A DNA stretch of 64,000 nt from Laetmonice hystrix (Eukaryota), in contig OZ249436.1 of NCBI GenBank assembly GCA_965235115.1, positions 27,964,001 through 28,028,000 of the forward strand, read 5' to 3'. Numbering within the stretch: position 1 is the stretch's first letter; each line of letters begins with the position of its first letter. Both the position numbers and the translations under genes were made by a program. The notes below the pieces were generated by a model. It was not told the origin of the DNA and ran no database searches. It was given only the letters and a program-made list of their open reading frames with translations. Shown piece by piece: positions 39,226 to 52,005 of the stretch.

Positions 39226-39325
39226 ATGACGCACGAGGTCGATACGGTGTGATGCCGAGATATATGCGAGGCGTAGCCGAGGGCATACATACGGCATCAC
39301 ACAGTTGAGTCCTCGCATCATCATA
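39226..39325. mobile_element. Palindromic element core with CGAGGCGTAGCCGAGG centre (Crypton-like non-autonomous type)
   Basis: Inverted arms TGTGATGCCG/CGGCATCACA flank the central motif. The family assignment is from recall only. Confidence 0.4.
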
Positions 39326-40529
39326 GGATATCCTTATGAATTCCGTTGCTTTTCTATTGCGGTACTTTATATTATCACTTTTGTTTTAGGATGACCCTGG
39401 AAGTTCAAAGTTAAATCCGCTTACGGTGTAGAAATTGAAGACTTGGTTGTCAGACAGAAAACCTTGCCACAACTCCCAGACTCTATTGATCAGACCTGGG
39501 TTCGGCTGCCGTTGAAGTAGATAGATAAAGCCTTCTTTCTAGTTGCACAAGACCCCTATCTCCGAGTCCCATCAAATGTGCCCATCAATCTAATTATCGA
39601 TCTCGTTTCCTTACGACAACCGGCCCTGCCCTCGCAAAGGGTCGTGTTGCAAACAGTTGCTCGGGATTTTCTAGGATAACATCAGAGACGACCGACTAGA
39701 AACAGACCCGGTTGACCCGGATTAACTAATGGGAAGCCAAGAATCTTCCTGACTCCGGGGTCGAGGAGATGTTGACGTCGGAGACGACCGCCCTCAAAAA
39801 CCTTTACAATTTACGTCAATCGCTCCGGACGGCCTTCTGGTAATTTGTGCAGGTCATTCACCTAGTTTCGCTTTTCATAGGTGGTTGGGATAACAAAAGA
39901 CATCGTCATGAAAACAGCATTTAATTATTCAAATCTATTTCTGTGAGAAGTAATATGTTTGGTGTCTAGGTGTATACAGTGAGCTGATACCTGAAACCAT
40001 CTAATTAAACTGCTCCCATCATGCACTCCTGCATGTCATTGCGGAAGAGAGTTAATGTGGTTATCATAATCCCTCATCCCTATACATATTTCGGCTTCAT
40101 GCAAATACTAGAATACATGTAGTCAAGATGGTCGTTGATATCGGTCCACGGCGTTCGTACCTTTCGTAAACTTCGAGAACTTCACTATACGAGAGCCGTC
40201 TCCAATGGCCTTTTATGCTAATAACATGATTTGGCCGTTTTTTGAACCAACTATTGTTACTTCTTTAGGATAACAATCACAACAGCACGTTTGGTACACC
40301 CACCCTATGCCACCTGCAAAGAACGAGGGCAACGTCGCTGACCACGAGTAGCCCACCCTGATCCAATCCTAGTTCACATAACCCCAGTAAACCTGGCCAA
40401 AGACGCGTAGACGGAATATTTCCGGTATCAACAGGAATGTATGGAGGAGTCGTGGCGGAGGTGGGACGTTTGATCGCCACGATCCTTCCAAACGTAGAGA
40501 AAGCTCGTGTGATCGGCAGAGAGAGGGTA

Positions 40530-40850
40530 CATTCGGGACTCCCTCGGGCATATGACGTCACTTCCTGCTATTCGAATATACCCTCGGGTGGAATAGCGGC
40601 CATGTTTGGCAACCAGATACACGGCCAAATGGAGGTGTGTAGCGAGGCACTGAGTGAACCGTCATATCCCATCGAGCCAGGAAGTAGTGCATTATTGACA
40701 CCTGCTCCTTCGGCGTTGTATGTGCAAATATAAATTTCTGGTATGAAGGGGAACGTTTGAAGAAGAAAAATGAATCACCCAATTTACCTAAATGGGCGTC
40801 AGTACGGTAATTTATCAAATTCTGGGAAGCAATATGGCCGCGCCCATGTA
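40530..40850 (-). mobile_element. Diverged internal fragment related to the Kolobok-type element at 11812-13184
   Basis: Reverse complement aligns by eye to about 12060-12385, for example CCGAGGGTAT.TTCGAATAGCAGGAAGTGACGTCA, GGATATGACGGTTCACTC and GAAATTTATATTTGC. Termini not identified. Confidence 0.75.
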
Positions 40851-43800
40851 CGACACTGGCCCGACACATGGTAGGACTACTTGTAATCATGTTGTAATTT
40901 AAGTTGTATCATGACATGATACTATTGTAATATTGCCCACTGACTTCGGGGAAAGCATTGTAGGCCTATTTTAGTTGCTTCCATGCCTGATGCAGACAAA
41001 ATACTGCAAGCACTGCCATGCTGTCGAGAGTCCCGGCTAAATGTACCCGCGATGCAATGCTCAAAATGGCACCTATTTCACCCGAGGCTACTTTCGAAGA
41101 TATGGCCGAGGATTCCCGAATGAGAGAGGGTACTGCGTCGATCGGTTTCCATATTTATACCCTCAACCAGGCTTCCCGGCTCCATGTTTCCGTTTCCTTC
41201 CTCATGATATAGCGTGAGATCCTGTCCGAGAACCAACATGGAGACCGGAAGGATCTACTGGAGGCTTCTACACTTGACTAGGCCGAATATACTTAAGGTA
41301 TTGCATATAGGCCTATATTGATATCAGGAAGCAGTTAAACTCCTCGTTTTGCCTACATGGATGTCCCCAACGTGTCGCGTCGAGTCCGTTTATTATTCAT
41401 AGTGTTAACTGAATTTGAGGTTTACTAGAAGAAGCAGAAAATGGCTTTCAGATGCATGTCTTTAGTGAGAATACGATTTCCCGCTAAGGAAGTTTTGTTC
41501 GGCAGTCTGCAAGTGCACCCTCCTGTCATTGCAACATGGGTCTGGTGCAACTTTTATAATGATGGATGGTGATTACGTGACATGTAACGTTCATCAGCGC
41601 CAATACGTCAAAGACAAACTTCCCGAATAATGAACGGCTTCCATTGCATCTTACAAGGATGTCTGAAAGTTACAAAAACCTTCCGTTTATACCTCATTGT
41701 TTGTACCTCTTGTAATCGGTACACCTCACAATAAGGCCCAGTGTTCGGTCTAAACGACTGTTTTATCAGCAGATTGAAAAAAATCGCAGAAAATGAAGCT
41801 TTTAACTGACATTCAAGACGCAATACTTTAATGCGCCCGCTGGCATCTGTAACAAAAGAACTGTGACAGTTGCCCATTAGCCGCGCGGCTAATTGTTCAA
41901 ACATCTCAGCCTACTCAATGTAGCCACGGAATTTTTCCCAGATGAGAAACTACTCGAGCGAATTCTAGGGTTAGATGGGCGGTAACCTTGTCCTTTTTAT
42001 GGTAATTCATCTGGTGGAGTATCCTTTGTCTGAAAATGTCAATGCAACACCCTATTATTCTTGATCGGGAGTACCCTTTTCAAATGCCCCCCCCCCCCCC
42101 AAAAAAAAAAGGTTGTGTGTGGCAGAGAGGAAGTTCTCAAGTACTGATCAGAGGGGTACATTTCATTCTTTGCTCTTGTTCAGTCCGTTGGTGACATTGC
42201 GTTTCTCATCCATCGTTTTCCTGTCGTGTGTTAAAATCCCCATTGAAAATACATTGGTGTTAACGATACGACAAGCTAACGACAGGTTGTGAAACGTATC
42301 GTTAAGATAAGAGAGGAAACGAAACTGGAAAAATACTCCGCTGATAGAAGTAGAGACCACTGCCCGTTCTCTGATACCCGACCGGTGCTTTAGAATTTAC
42401 GTACGTGTTTAAGACATTTTTTAAAACTGTAGGCCTAAGTCGACTGCACATATTTTTCTGGATGTGGGTCTTCATGGCTGAACCTTTTACCGGGTCCCTC
42501 TCCCGGGCAAGGGGAACTTTATTTGAAATCTAGTTAGACCAGGAAGCAACCTAGCAACTCGTGAAATGGTAGGAAAATGTGTTACCAAACAAGGACCCCT
42601 TTAGTTTAAGGTGATTCACGATGATGCATGGTTATTAGTTCATTATTCTGCATGTCATGTTAGCAACATATCCTCGATGTCTTTTAGACTAAAAGCTCGT
42701 GCCAGCCAACTGTGCTGAGTAATCGAGGAATTATAGCCGAACATTGGAAAGGAGTATGGTCTGCACCATAAATACATCCAATTGGATGTTGACTGTAATG
42801 TGCTTTTATGGTTATGGTTCTCGTATAAAACCATTGATGTAGCAGCAACTTGAGCTGTACGGAAGCCTTTACGTGCTCGATGCATTTCGTACGTCATGTA
42901 AAAGAACACGTTGCCTTTGTCGATCCTGTTTGGTGAATACTGCCACCTAAAACGACTAAACTGATATCACACCTGATACTTGTCAGGATCTAAGGGAATG
43001 TCTAACAGCCACAGCACGACCCCCTTTGAAGGCTTGGCGATATTCTGAGTTGACATCGGCAAAGCGCGGTTTAGGTTTAGGCAATACGACACGCAGGTAT
43101 CGAGTCGGGTTATAGTGTATAGAGGCACATTGTAAAGGTAAGAGTGATGAGAGAAGGTATGGGCGAGAGGGTTTATAATGTCAGCCTACTGTTTCCACCG
43201 ATATGTGGGCCTTTATGGCTGGACCTTTCACTCATCGTGGGCTGACCTTTATGATGTGATTAACAGTTTGTGATATGCCTATTGTACATCATTCTCATAC
43301 ATGTTGCTGTCCAGCCCCTGCTGGACCCCAACCCTCAGCTTTCCGATCGACCACCGTTTTTCCTAACGTTTTCTGTCGAATCCCGCCCTTTCGGAGTCCC
43401 GTATTACGACTCTTTGTCCGCATACAAATTCACCACTCTCACCTCACCTACCTCGTCCCATTATAATCGAGATCCTCAATACCTACTGGAGTATGGCTTA
43501 TATTATAAATCTCCTGCGTGGCGTGACTGCTGCCGATGGCTGCGGTAATGGTTTAATCAGCTCGGTCCCCTATCGGACAGGGCAGGCTCAGTCCCAGCGG
43601 CCTCTCACCGGTCGGGGTCATTCTCACCGACAACCCGCCTGGTCCAACTGCCCCCCTCCGTCCTGGGGGGTTATTAGGTCCGTGTTCCCGGGTTAATACA
43701 CCTTTCTATGGATACAGATTGGAGCGACAACCTACTATGATTTTTTTTCTTCGTCTTCTTCTTCTTCTTCTTTCTTTTTTCGTGCAATTTACTTGAGGCG

Positions 43801-43936
43801 TGTTGGTGAGAAGGTGGATCTGGGTTATAGACCCCCCGAGAATTAACAAGGTGCAAGGTGGTGCAGGAGATACCAGTAAAACAATCCAATAGTGTTACCT
43901 CCAGCGCACTTAGTGGGAGCGTGAGGGTTAATTCAG

Positions 43937-44886
43937 CCGGTGTACGGACAATCACCGCGAGGACAACCAACCCCGGGGACAACTGTCCCGTAGACAACCA
44001 CCCCCGGGGACAACTGTCCCGTAGGACAACCACCCCGGGGACAACTGTCCCGTAGGACAGCCACCCCGGGGACAACTGTCCCGTAGACAACCACCCCGGG
44101 GACAACTGTCCCGTAGGACAACCACCCCCGGGGACAACTGTCCCGTAGACAACCACCCCCGGGGACAACTGTCCCGTAGGACAACCACCCCGGGGACAAC
44201 TGTCCCGTAGGACAGCCACCCCGGGGACAACTGTCCCGTAGGACAACCACCCCGGGGACAACTGTCCCGTAGGACAACCAACCCCGGGGACAACTGTCCC
44301 GTAGACAACCACCCCCGGGGACAACTGTCCCGTAGGACAACCACCCCGGGGACAACTGTCCCGTAGGACAGCCACCCCGGGGACAACTGTCCCGTAGACA
44401 ACCACCCCGGGGACAACTGTCCCGTAGGACAACCACCCCCGGGGACAACTGTCCCGTAGGACAACCACCCCCGGGGACAACTGTCCCGTAGGACAACCAC
44501 CCCCGGGGACAACTGTCCCGTAGGACAGCCACCCCCGGGGACAACTGTCCCGTAGGACAACCACCCCGGGGACAACTGTCCCGTAGGACAACCACCCCCG
44601 GGGACAACTGTCCCGTAGGACAACCAGCCCCGGGGACAACTGTCCCGTAGGACAGCCACCCCCGGGGACAACTGTCCCGTAGGACAACCACCCCCGGGGA
44701 CAACTGTCCCGTAGGACAACCACCCCGGGGACAACTGTCCCGTAGACAACCACCCCGGGGACAACTGTCCCGTAGGACAACCACCCCCGGGGACAACTGT
44801 CCCGTAGGACAGCCACCCCCGGGGACAACTGTCCCGTAGGACAACCACCCCCGGGGACAACTGTCCCGTAGGACAACCACCCCGGG
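43937..44886. repeat. 30-32-bp GC-rich minisatellite (about 29 units), probably an amplified transposon subterminal repeat
   Basis: Unit CCCCGGGGACAACTGTCCCGTA(G)GACAACCA, preceded by CCGGTGTACGGACAATCACC, a terminus resembling that of the MITE at 57124. Confidence 0.95.
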
Positions 44887-45173
44887 ATAATAGTGTTGGG
44901 ATACGGGAGTGGTTGTTACGGGTCAGAGACTAGGATATATATACATCGGGGGAGGAAATAAGATGTAGTACTTTTCTTATTCTAGCTAACTTTAATGATT
45001 TTCTCTTTCCTTCTTCTTTCTTTTCTAAACATGAAACTGACAGATCAAGTCTTGACATTCTACTTCCGGTGAGATAGGTGTGAAACTGTTTCTAACCACG
45101 GGACTGAGATACATGAGGTGGATGTTTATAGGGTTCTGTCTGAATGAATGAGGAGATAACCATACATACTTAA

Positions 45174-45513
45174 AGGTGCTATTCGTGAAGAAAAGTTCAA
45201 TTTTTTTATTTTTAATTTTGTTGACGTTTATGTGATCCCACCTATCATGGAAATAGATTCACAACAAAGGAAATCAAAATTTTTCATGGATAACGGCACA
45301 AATGGGGCTCTCTCTGAAGGCCTGTGGAGACCCTGACACGCCTCACCATAGGAAATGGCTCTATCTCGGTGCGCACCGAGATAGGTTTCAAATGCTGCAC
45401 ACAAACTAATAGAAGGTTTATCAGGCCAATAGTATCGGTAGGAATTTTTTCTAGTACTATGTGCACAATGTATGATAGGAGAAATGCCATTCTGTGCGAG
45501 ACGAATAGCACCT
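45174..45513. mobile_element. TTAA-flanked MITE (Kolobok-type), 340 bp
   Basis: TTAA|AGGTGCTATTCGT...ACGAATAGCACCT|TTAA, a perfect 13-bp TIR. Confidence 0.88.
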
Positions 45514-47986
45514 TTAAAACCACCTGTCACGGCGATAGGTTCAAAGGCTGGGTGAAAGGAACCATTCAGTGCTCAACTGGCACCGTCATCGAGCCACAGA
45601 AGACACGTTTCCGCCACGCAAACCATCAAGAAAACGCCGTAAGAAATTGCATGTTGTCGACGACAACATGACGTTGAGCAGGTGTCAAGTGTTAGACTCT
45701 TAAAACTAAGGCCTAATTCACAATTAGGCCTATAGTGAAACTAGAAAGGCTAGATAAGGGGCATATTGTCTCTCAGGTATGTTATAATGAACGAGTAATC
45801 TGAATCAGTATAAGCTGGAAATATGGAATAAAAGGCATAATATTCTACAATTTGACATTTCTTACAATTTGATCTTGTTTGAAGTTCTTAATAATAATTA
45901 AGTAATGTGTAGTATTCTTTTGAGCCATGGCGGCGGAAAGAATAAGAAATTGGCCTTGTTATAATACGCGGATCATTGTAGTGCACTATTGCCTTCCCCC
46001 TTTTAGAGAAGGGTGCATGTATGGGGATGGGATTCGGATGTGGTTTACGGTCAAGAGAACACTTCACCACACCTGGCGGTGGAATGCTGCCCTGACCCCC
46101 ATGACCCCTCTCACCGAGGCTGTCGTGATCATTCAAGTGTCGAAAGGAAGCAGATACCGGGGCTAAGTGGGCGGGCCTACGGTAGGCCCGGCACAGCGGT
46201 CCGTCCAATCGTCGCTGCTAGTGTTCCTAGAATCGCCTCGAATTAGCAACCTGACAACGTCCCCCAAGCCGCCCCTATTGCCATCGTTGGCGAGAGCGGA
46301 GCGCATGCGCTGCATGTCGATGAGGGATCCAATCAGATGAAAAGACCAATCTTTCTTAGCATTGCACTCGGCAAATCTTATTGCACCGCTGCCCACACCG
46401 TCGGCGCACCTTACGTTGTTGTGCAGATGTGGAAAAGATCTTGTTGTCCAAGTGGCATTTTATATCTTAGTTTGCTTCTACCGTCCCTGTTTGATCGCGA
46501 AGAGAGTGGGAATTCAAAGCCCACAGGTTTAATATCCCGACTGATGGAAACGGAATCTGAAAGAAACCATTTTTTTAAACCTTTCTGGTTTTAGTATAAA
46601 TATTCTAAACTTACTTACTTGTTGTCAGTAATCACATTTGTCCGAGTTAAATGCGTATTGAAGGGTTAAGTAAAAATATTTTTTCAACTTGAACTACTTC
46701 CAGATAAATCAAGAATGTACTTCTACGCGACCCTACTCCCTCAGTAGCGAATACGTAGCGTTCCTCTGCTTACTTCTAAAGGAGGCATTTCAAACAAAAC
46801 TCTAATAAAATACGGTTTACTGCTTTGTGTAAGAAGAGAACATCTCGTACAGGTTTGCCGATGTCACTTTATAAAATAATAGTTAGCTTAGTTTCATTTT
46901 TTCGTCGAAAAGAGCACAGAGCTTTCTTTGATACATAGTTGTATTTATCTTTCTTTTTTTACAACATTACAGAACACGTTTTTTGAATCCGTATAGTCCA
47001 TACAGATTCTGATGGGACATTTCGGGAAATTCTAACGATTACAGAACGCATGGCGTGAATGGAATAGTTAACACTGCACCTTGTGTACTTAGTGGGGATA
47101 GAATGAGGCGGGAACACTTGGTGGACTGCGGGAGCCATAATTAACTACAATCACGGAATTAGAATCGTTAAGCTGGCACAATACATGAGGGGAAGTTACT
47201 ATAAACTTTAATCAATCTTCATATTGTTCCACCACAAGTGTTATTATATTTGTTATATTTTAAATTACAAGGAATATGTTCGGGTGTATTATGAAGTTAT
47301 GTGTAGAGTTGACTTTATCAATATTAGTGCCTGGAGCGTGAACGAAATGCGCTTTCCTCCTCTTGTGGCTATCCCCTTTGCCCACCAGACTCTGGATGCA
47401 CACCGAAAGAATAACACCATTATCCAAATATAAGAAGTATCTCCCAGACTTTTTTTTGCGTCATCAGCGTTTGACAGCGCCTTTAAAAGGGGTTGTCTGA
47501 TACATCCGCTAGCAATCATGCCCAAAACCTGTCAAACGTTGGCAGACTGCGAAAATACAGAACAACCACCTGAGGCTATAAAAAAAAGCCTCGAAGGTAC
47601 GGCAAGAGGTTCAGCTTGCCCTCAAACCTATGCCAGGAATTTGACGACCCAGACATGGTTGTTGTCAGCAGCGCTGGGTTCCAATAATTAATGGAGTCGA
47701 GAACAACTTGTAAACGTCGGTCTCTCCCGCATCGACGATGTTGGTGGATGAAAGTTTGATGGGCTTCCAACCTGTTGTGACGACATGATGAGGGTGGAGT
47801 GGGGGAGGGGGGAGGTCTTGTCAGTAGTACGTGTGGCCTCCTGTTCGCACTGGTGTTTGGTGTGAAAAACTGGACCCGAGCCAAGAGAATTGAGGAATGT
47901 CAGCCCCAGACCCTGACCCCAGACTACAGGTGTTGGTAGTTAAACGTCCGACTAGACAGCTTATCTCGAATACGTGAAAATCGTAG

Positions 47987-50900
47987 CATTCATACCGTAA
48001 CACAAGGGTCTGTGTGCACGGGGTCCGACAAGTTGTTCTTACTGCTCCAACATCTAACCGTAACATCAAGGATCAGCATCATACCGTAACGCAAGGGTCT
48101 GTGTGCACAGGGTCCGACAAGTTGTTCTTACTGCTCCAACATCTAACCGTAACATCAAGGACCGTAACACACGGGTCTGTGTGCACGGAGTCCGACAAGT
48201 TGTTCTTACTGCTCCAACATCTAACCGTAACATCAAGGACCGTAACACACGGGTCTGTGTGCACGGGGTCCGACAAGTTGTTCTTACTGCTCCAACATCT
48301 AACCGTAACATCAAGGACCGTAACGCAAGGGTCTGTGTGCACAGGGTCCGACAAGTTGTTCTTACTGCTCCAACATCTAACCGTAACATCAAGGACCGTA
48401 ACACACGGGTCTGTGTGCACGGGGTCCGACAAGTTGTTCTTACTGCTCCAACATCTAACCGTAACATCAAGGACCGTAACACACGGGTCTGTGTGCACGG
48501 GGTCCGACAAGTTGTTCTTACTGCTCCAACATCTAACTGTAACATCAAGGACCGTAACACAAGGGTCTGTGTGCACGGGGTCCGACAAGTTGTTCTTACT
48601 GCTCCAACATCTAACCGTAACATCAAGGACCGTAACACACGGGTCTGTGTGCACGGGGTCCGACAAGTTGTTCTTACTGCTCCAACATCTAACTGTAACA
48701 TCAAGGACCGTAACACAAGGGTCTGTGTGCACGGGGTCCGACAAGTTGTTCTTACTGCTCCAACATCTAACTGTAACATCAAGTACCGTAACACACGGGT
48801 CTGTGTGCACGGGGTCCGACAAGTTGTTCTTACTGCTCCAACATCTAACCGTAACATCAAGGACCGTAACACACGGGTCTGTGTGCACGGGGTCCGACAA
48901 GTTGTTCTTACTGCTCCAACATCTAACCGTAACATCAAGGACCGTAACACACGGGTCTGTGTGCACGGGGTCCGACAAGTTGTTCTTACTGCTCCAACAT
49001 CTAACCGTAACATCAAGGACCGTAACACACGGGTCTGTGTGCACGGGGTCCGACAAGTTGTTCTTACTGCTCCAACATCTAACCGTAACATCAAGTACCG
49101 TAACACACGGGTCTGTGTGCACGGGGTCCGACAAGTTGTTCTTACTGCTCCAACATCTAACCGTAACATCAAGGATCAGCATCATACCGTAACACACGGG
49201 TCTGTGTGCACGGGGTCCGACAAGTTGTTCTTACTGCTCCAACATCTAACCGTAACATCAAGGACCGTAACACACGGGTCTGTGTGCACGGGGTCCGACA
49301 AGTTGTTCTTACTGCTCCAACATCTAACCGTAACATCAAGTACCGTAACACACGGGTCTGTGTACACGGGGTCCGACAAGTTGTTCTTACTGCTCCAACA
49401 TCTAACTGTAACATCAAGGATCAGCATCATACCGTAACGCAAGGGTCTGTGTGCACGGGGTCCGACAAGTTGTTCTTACTGCTCCAACATCTAACCGTAA
49501 CATCAAGGATCAGCATCATACCGTAACACACGGGTCTGTGTGCACGGGGTCCGACAAGTTGTTCTTACTGCTCCAACATCTAACCGTAACATCAAGGATC
49601 AGTATAATACCGTAACAGTCTGTGTGCACGGGGTCCGACAAGTTGTTCTTACTGCTCCAACATCTAACCGTAACATCAAGGATCAGCATCATACCGTAAC
49701 AGTCTGTGTGCACGGGGTCCGACAAGTTGTTCTTACTGCTCCAACATCTAACCGTAACATCAAGGATCAGCATCATACCGTAACAGTCTGTGTGCACGGG
49801 GTCCGACAAGTTGTTCTTACTGCTCCAACATCTAACTGTAACATCAAGGACCGTAACACACGGGTCTGTGTGCACGGGGTCCGACAAGTTGTTCTTACTG
49901 CTCCAACATCTAACCGTAACATCAAGGATCAGCATCATACCGTAACAGTCTGTGTGCACGGGGTCCGACAAGTTGTTCTTACTGCTCCAACATCTAACTG
50001 TAACATCAAGGACCGTAACACACGGGTCTGTGTGCACGGGGTCCGACAAGTTGTTCTTACTGCTCCAACATCTAACTGTAACATCAAGGACCGTAACACA
50101 CGGGTCTGTGTGCACGGGGTCCGACAAGTTGTTCTTACTGCTCCAACATCTAACCGTAACATCAAGGACCGTAACACAAGGGTCTGTGTGCACGGGGTCC
50201 GACAAGTTGTTCTTACTGCTCCAACATCTAACCGTAACATCAAGGATCAGCATCATACCGTAACAGTCTGTGTGCACGGGGTCCAACAAGTTGTTCTTAC
50301 TGCTCCAACATCTAACTGTAACATCAAGGACCGTAACACACGGGTCTGTGTGCACGGGGTCCGACAAGTTGTTCTTACTGCTCCAACATCTAACCGTAAC
50401 ATCAAGGACCGTAACACACGGGTCTGTGTGCACGGGGTCCGACAAGTTGTTCTTACTGCTCCAACATCTAACCGTAACATCAAGGACCGTAACACACGGG
50501 TCTGTGTGCACGGGGTCCGACAAGTTGTTCTTACTGCTCCAACATCTAACCGTAACATCAAGGACCGTAACACACGGGTCTGTGTGCACGGTGTCCGACA
50601 AGTTGTTCTTACTGCTCCAACATCTAACCGTAACATCAAGGATCAGCATCATACCGTAACAGTCTGTGTGCACGGGGTCCGACAAGTTGTTCTTACTGTT
50701 CCAACATCTAACCGTAACATCAAGGATCAGCATCATACCGTAACACACGGGTCTGTGTGCACGGAGTCCGACAATTTGTTCTTACTGTTCCAACATCTAA
50801 CCGTAACATCAAGGATCAGCATCATACCGTAACACACGGGTCTGTGTGCACGGAGTCCGACAATTTGTTCTTAGTGCTCCAACATCTAACCGTAACATCA

Positions 50901-52005
50901 AGGACCGTAACACACGGGTCTGTGTGCACGGGGTCCAACAAGTTGTTCTTACTGCTCCAACATCTAACCGTAACATCAAGGACCGTAACACACGGGTCTG
51001 TGTGCACGGGGTCCAACAAGTTGTTCTTACTGCTCCAACATCTAACCGTAACATCAAGGACCGTAACACACGGGTCTGTGTGCACGGGGTCCAACAAGTT
51101 GTTCTTACTGCTCCAACATCTAACCGTAACATCAAGGACCGTAACACACGGGTCTGTGTGCACGGAGTCCGACAAGTTGTTCTTACTGCTCCAACATCTA
51201 ACCGTAACATCAAGGACCGTAACACACGGGTCTGTGTGCACGGGGTCCAACAAGTTGTTCTTACTGCTCCAACATCTAACCGTAACATCAAGTACCGTAA
51301 CACACGGATCTGTGTGCACGGGGTCCGACAAGATGTTCTTACTGGTCCAACATCTAACCGTAACATCAAGGATCAACATCATACCGTAACACAAGGGTCT
51401 GTGTGCACGGGGTCCGACAAGTTGTTCTTACTGCTCCAACATCTAACCGTAACATCAAGGATCAGCATCATACCGTAACGCAAGGGTCTGTGTGCACGGG
51501 GTCCGACAAGTTGTTCTTACTGCTCCAACATCTAACCGTAACATCAAGGACCGTAACACACGGGTCTGTGTGCACGGGGTCCGACAAGTTGTTCTTACTG
51601 CTCCAACATCTAACCGTAACATCAAGGATCAGCATCATACCGTAACGCAAGGGTCTGTGTGCACGGGGTCCGACAAGTTGTTCTTACTGCTCCAACATCT
51701 AACCGTAACATCAAGTACCGTAACACACGGGTCTGTGTGCACGGGGTCCGACAAGTTGTTCTTACTGCTCCAACATCTAACCGTAACATCAAGTACCGTA
51801 ACACACGGGTCTGTGTGCACGGGGTCCGACAAGTTGTTCTTACTGCTCCAACATCTAACCGTAACATCAAGTACCGTAACACACGGGTCTGTGTGCACGG
51901 GGTCCGACAAGTTGTTCTTACTGCTCCAACATCTAACCGTAACATCAAGGATCAGCATCATACCGTAACAGTCTGTGTGCACGGTGTCCGACAAATAGTT
52001 CTTAA
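47987..52005. repeat. About 4-kb minisatellite, 78-bp unit with 84- and 89-bp variants (about 50 units)
   Basis: Unit CCGTAACACACGGGTCTGTGTGCACGGGGTCCGACAAGTTGTTCTTACTGCTCCAACATCTAACCGTAACATCAAGGA. Variants add TCAGCATCATA (+11), with or without a 5-bp loss. Confidence 0.98.

Noticed and set aside
43674..44880. ORFs of 300-400 aa on the minus strand
   Set aside because: All three minus frames are open because the unit lacks stops, and unit length varies from 30 to 32 bp, so no frame is maintained.
47580..47800. Faint resemblance to the BEL/Pao integrase C-terminus (WSREQLVNVG, LVDESL)
   Set aside because: Too short and too interrupted by stops and frameshifts to distinguish from chance by eye.
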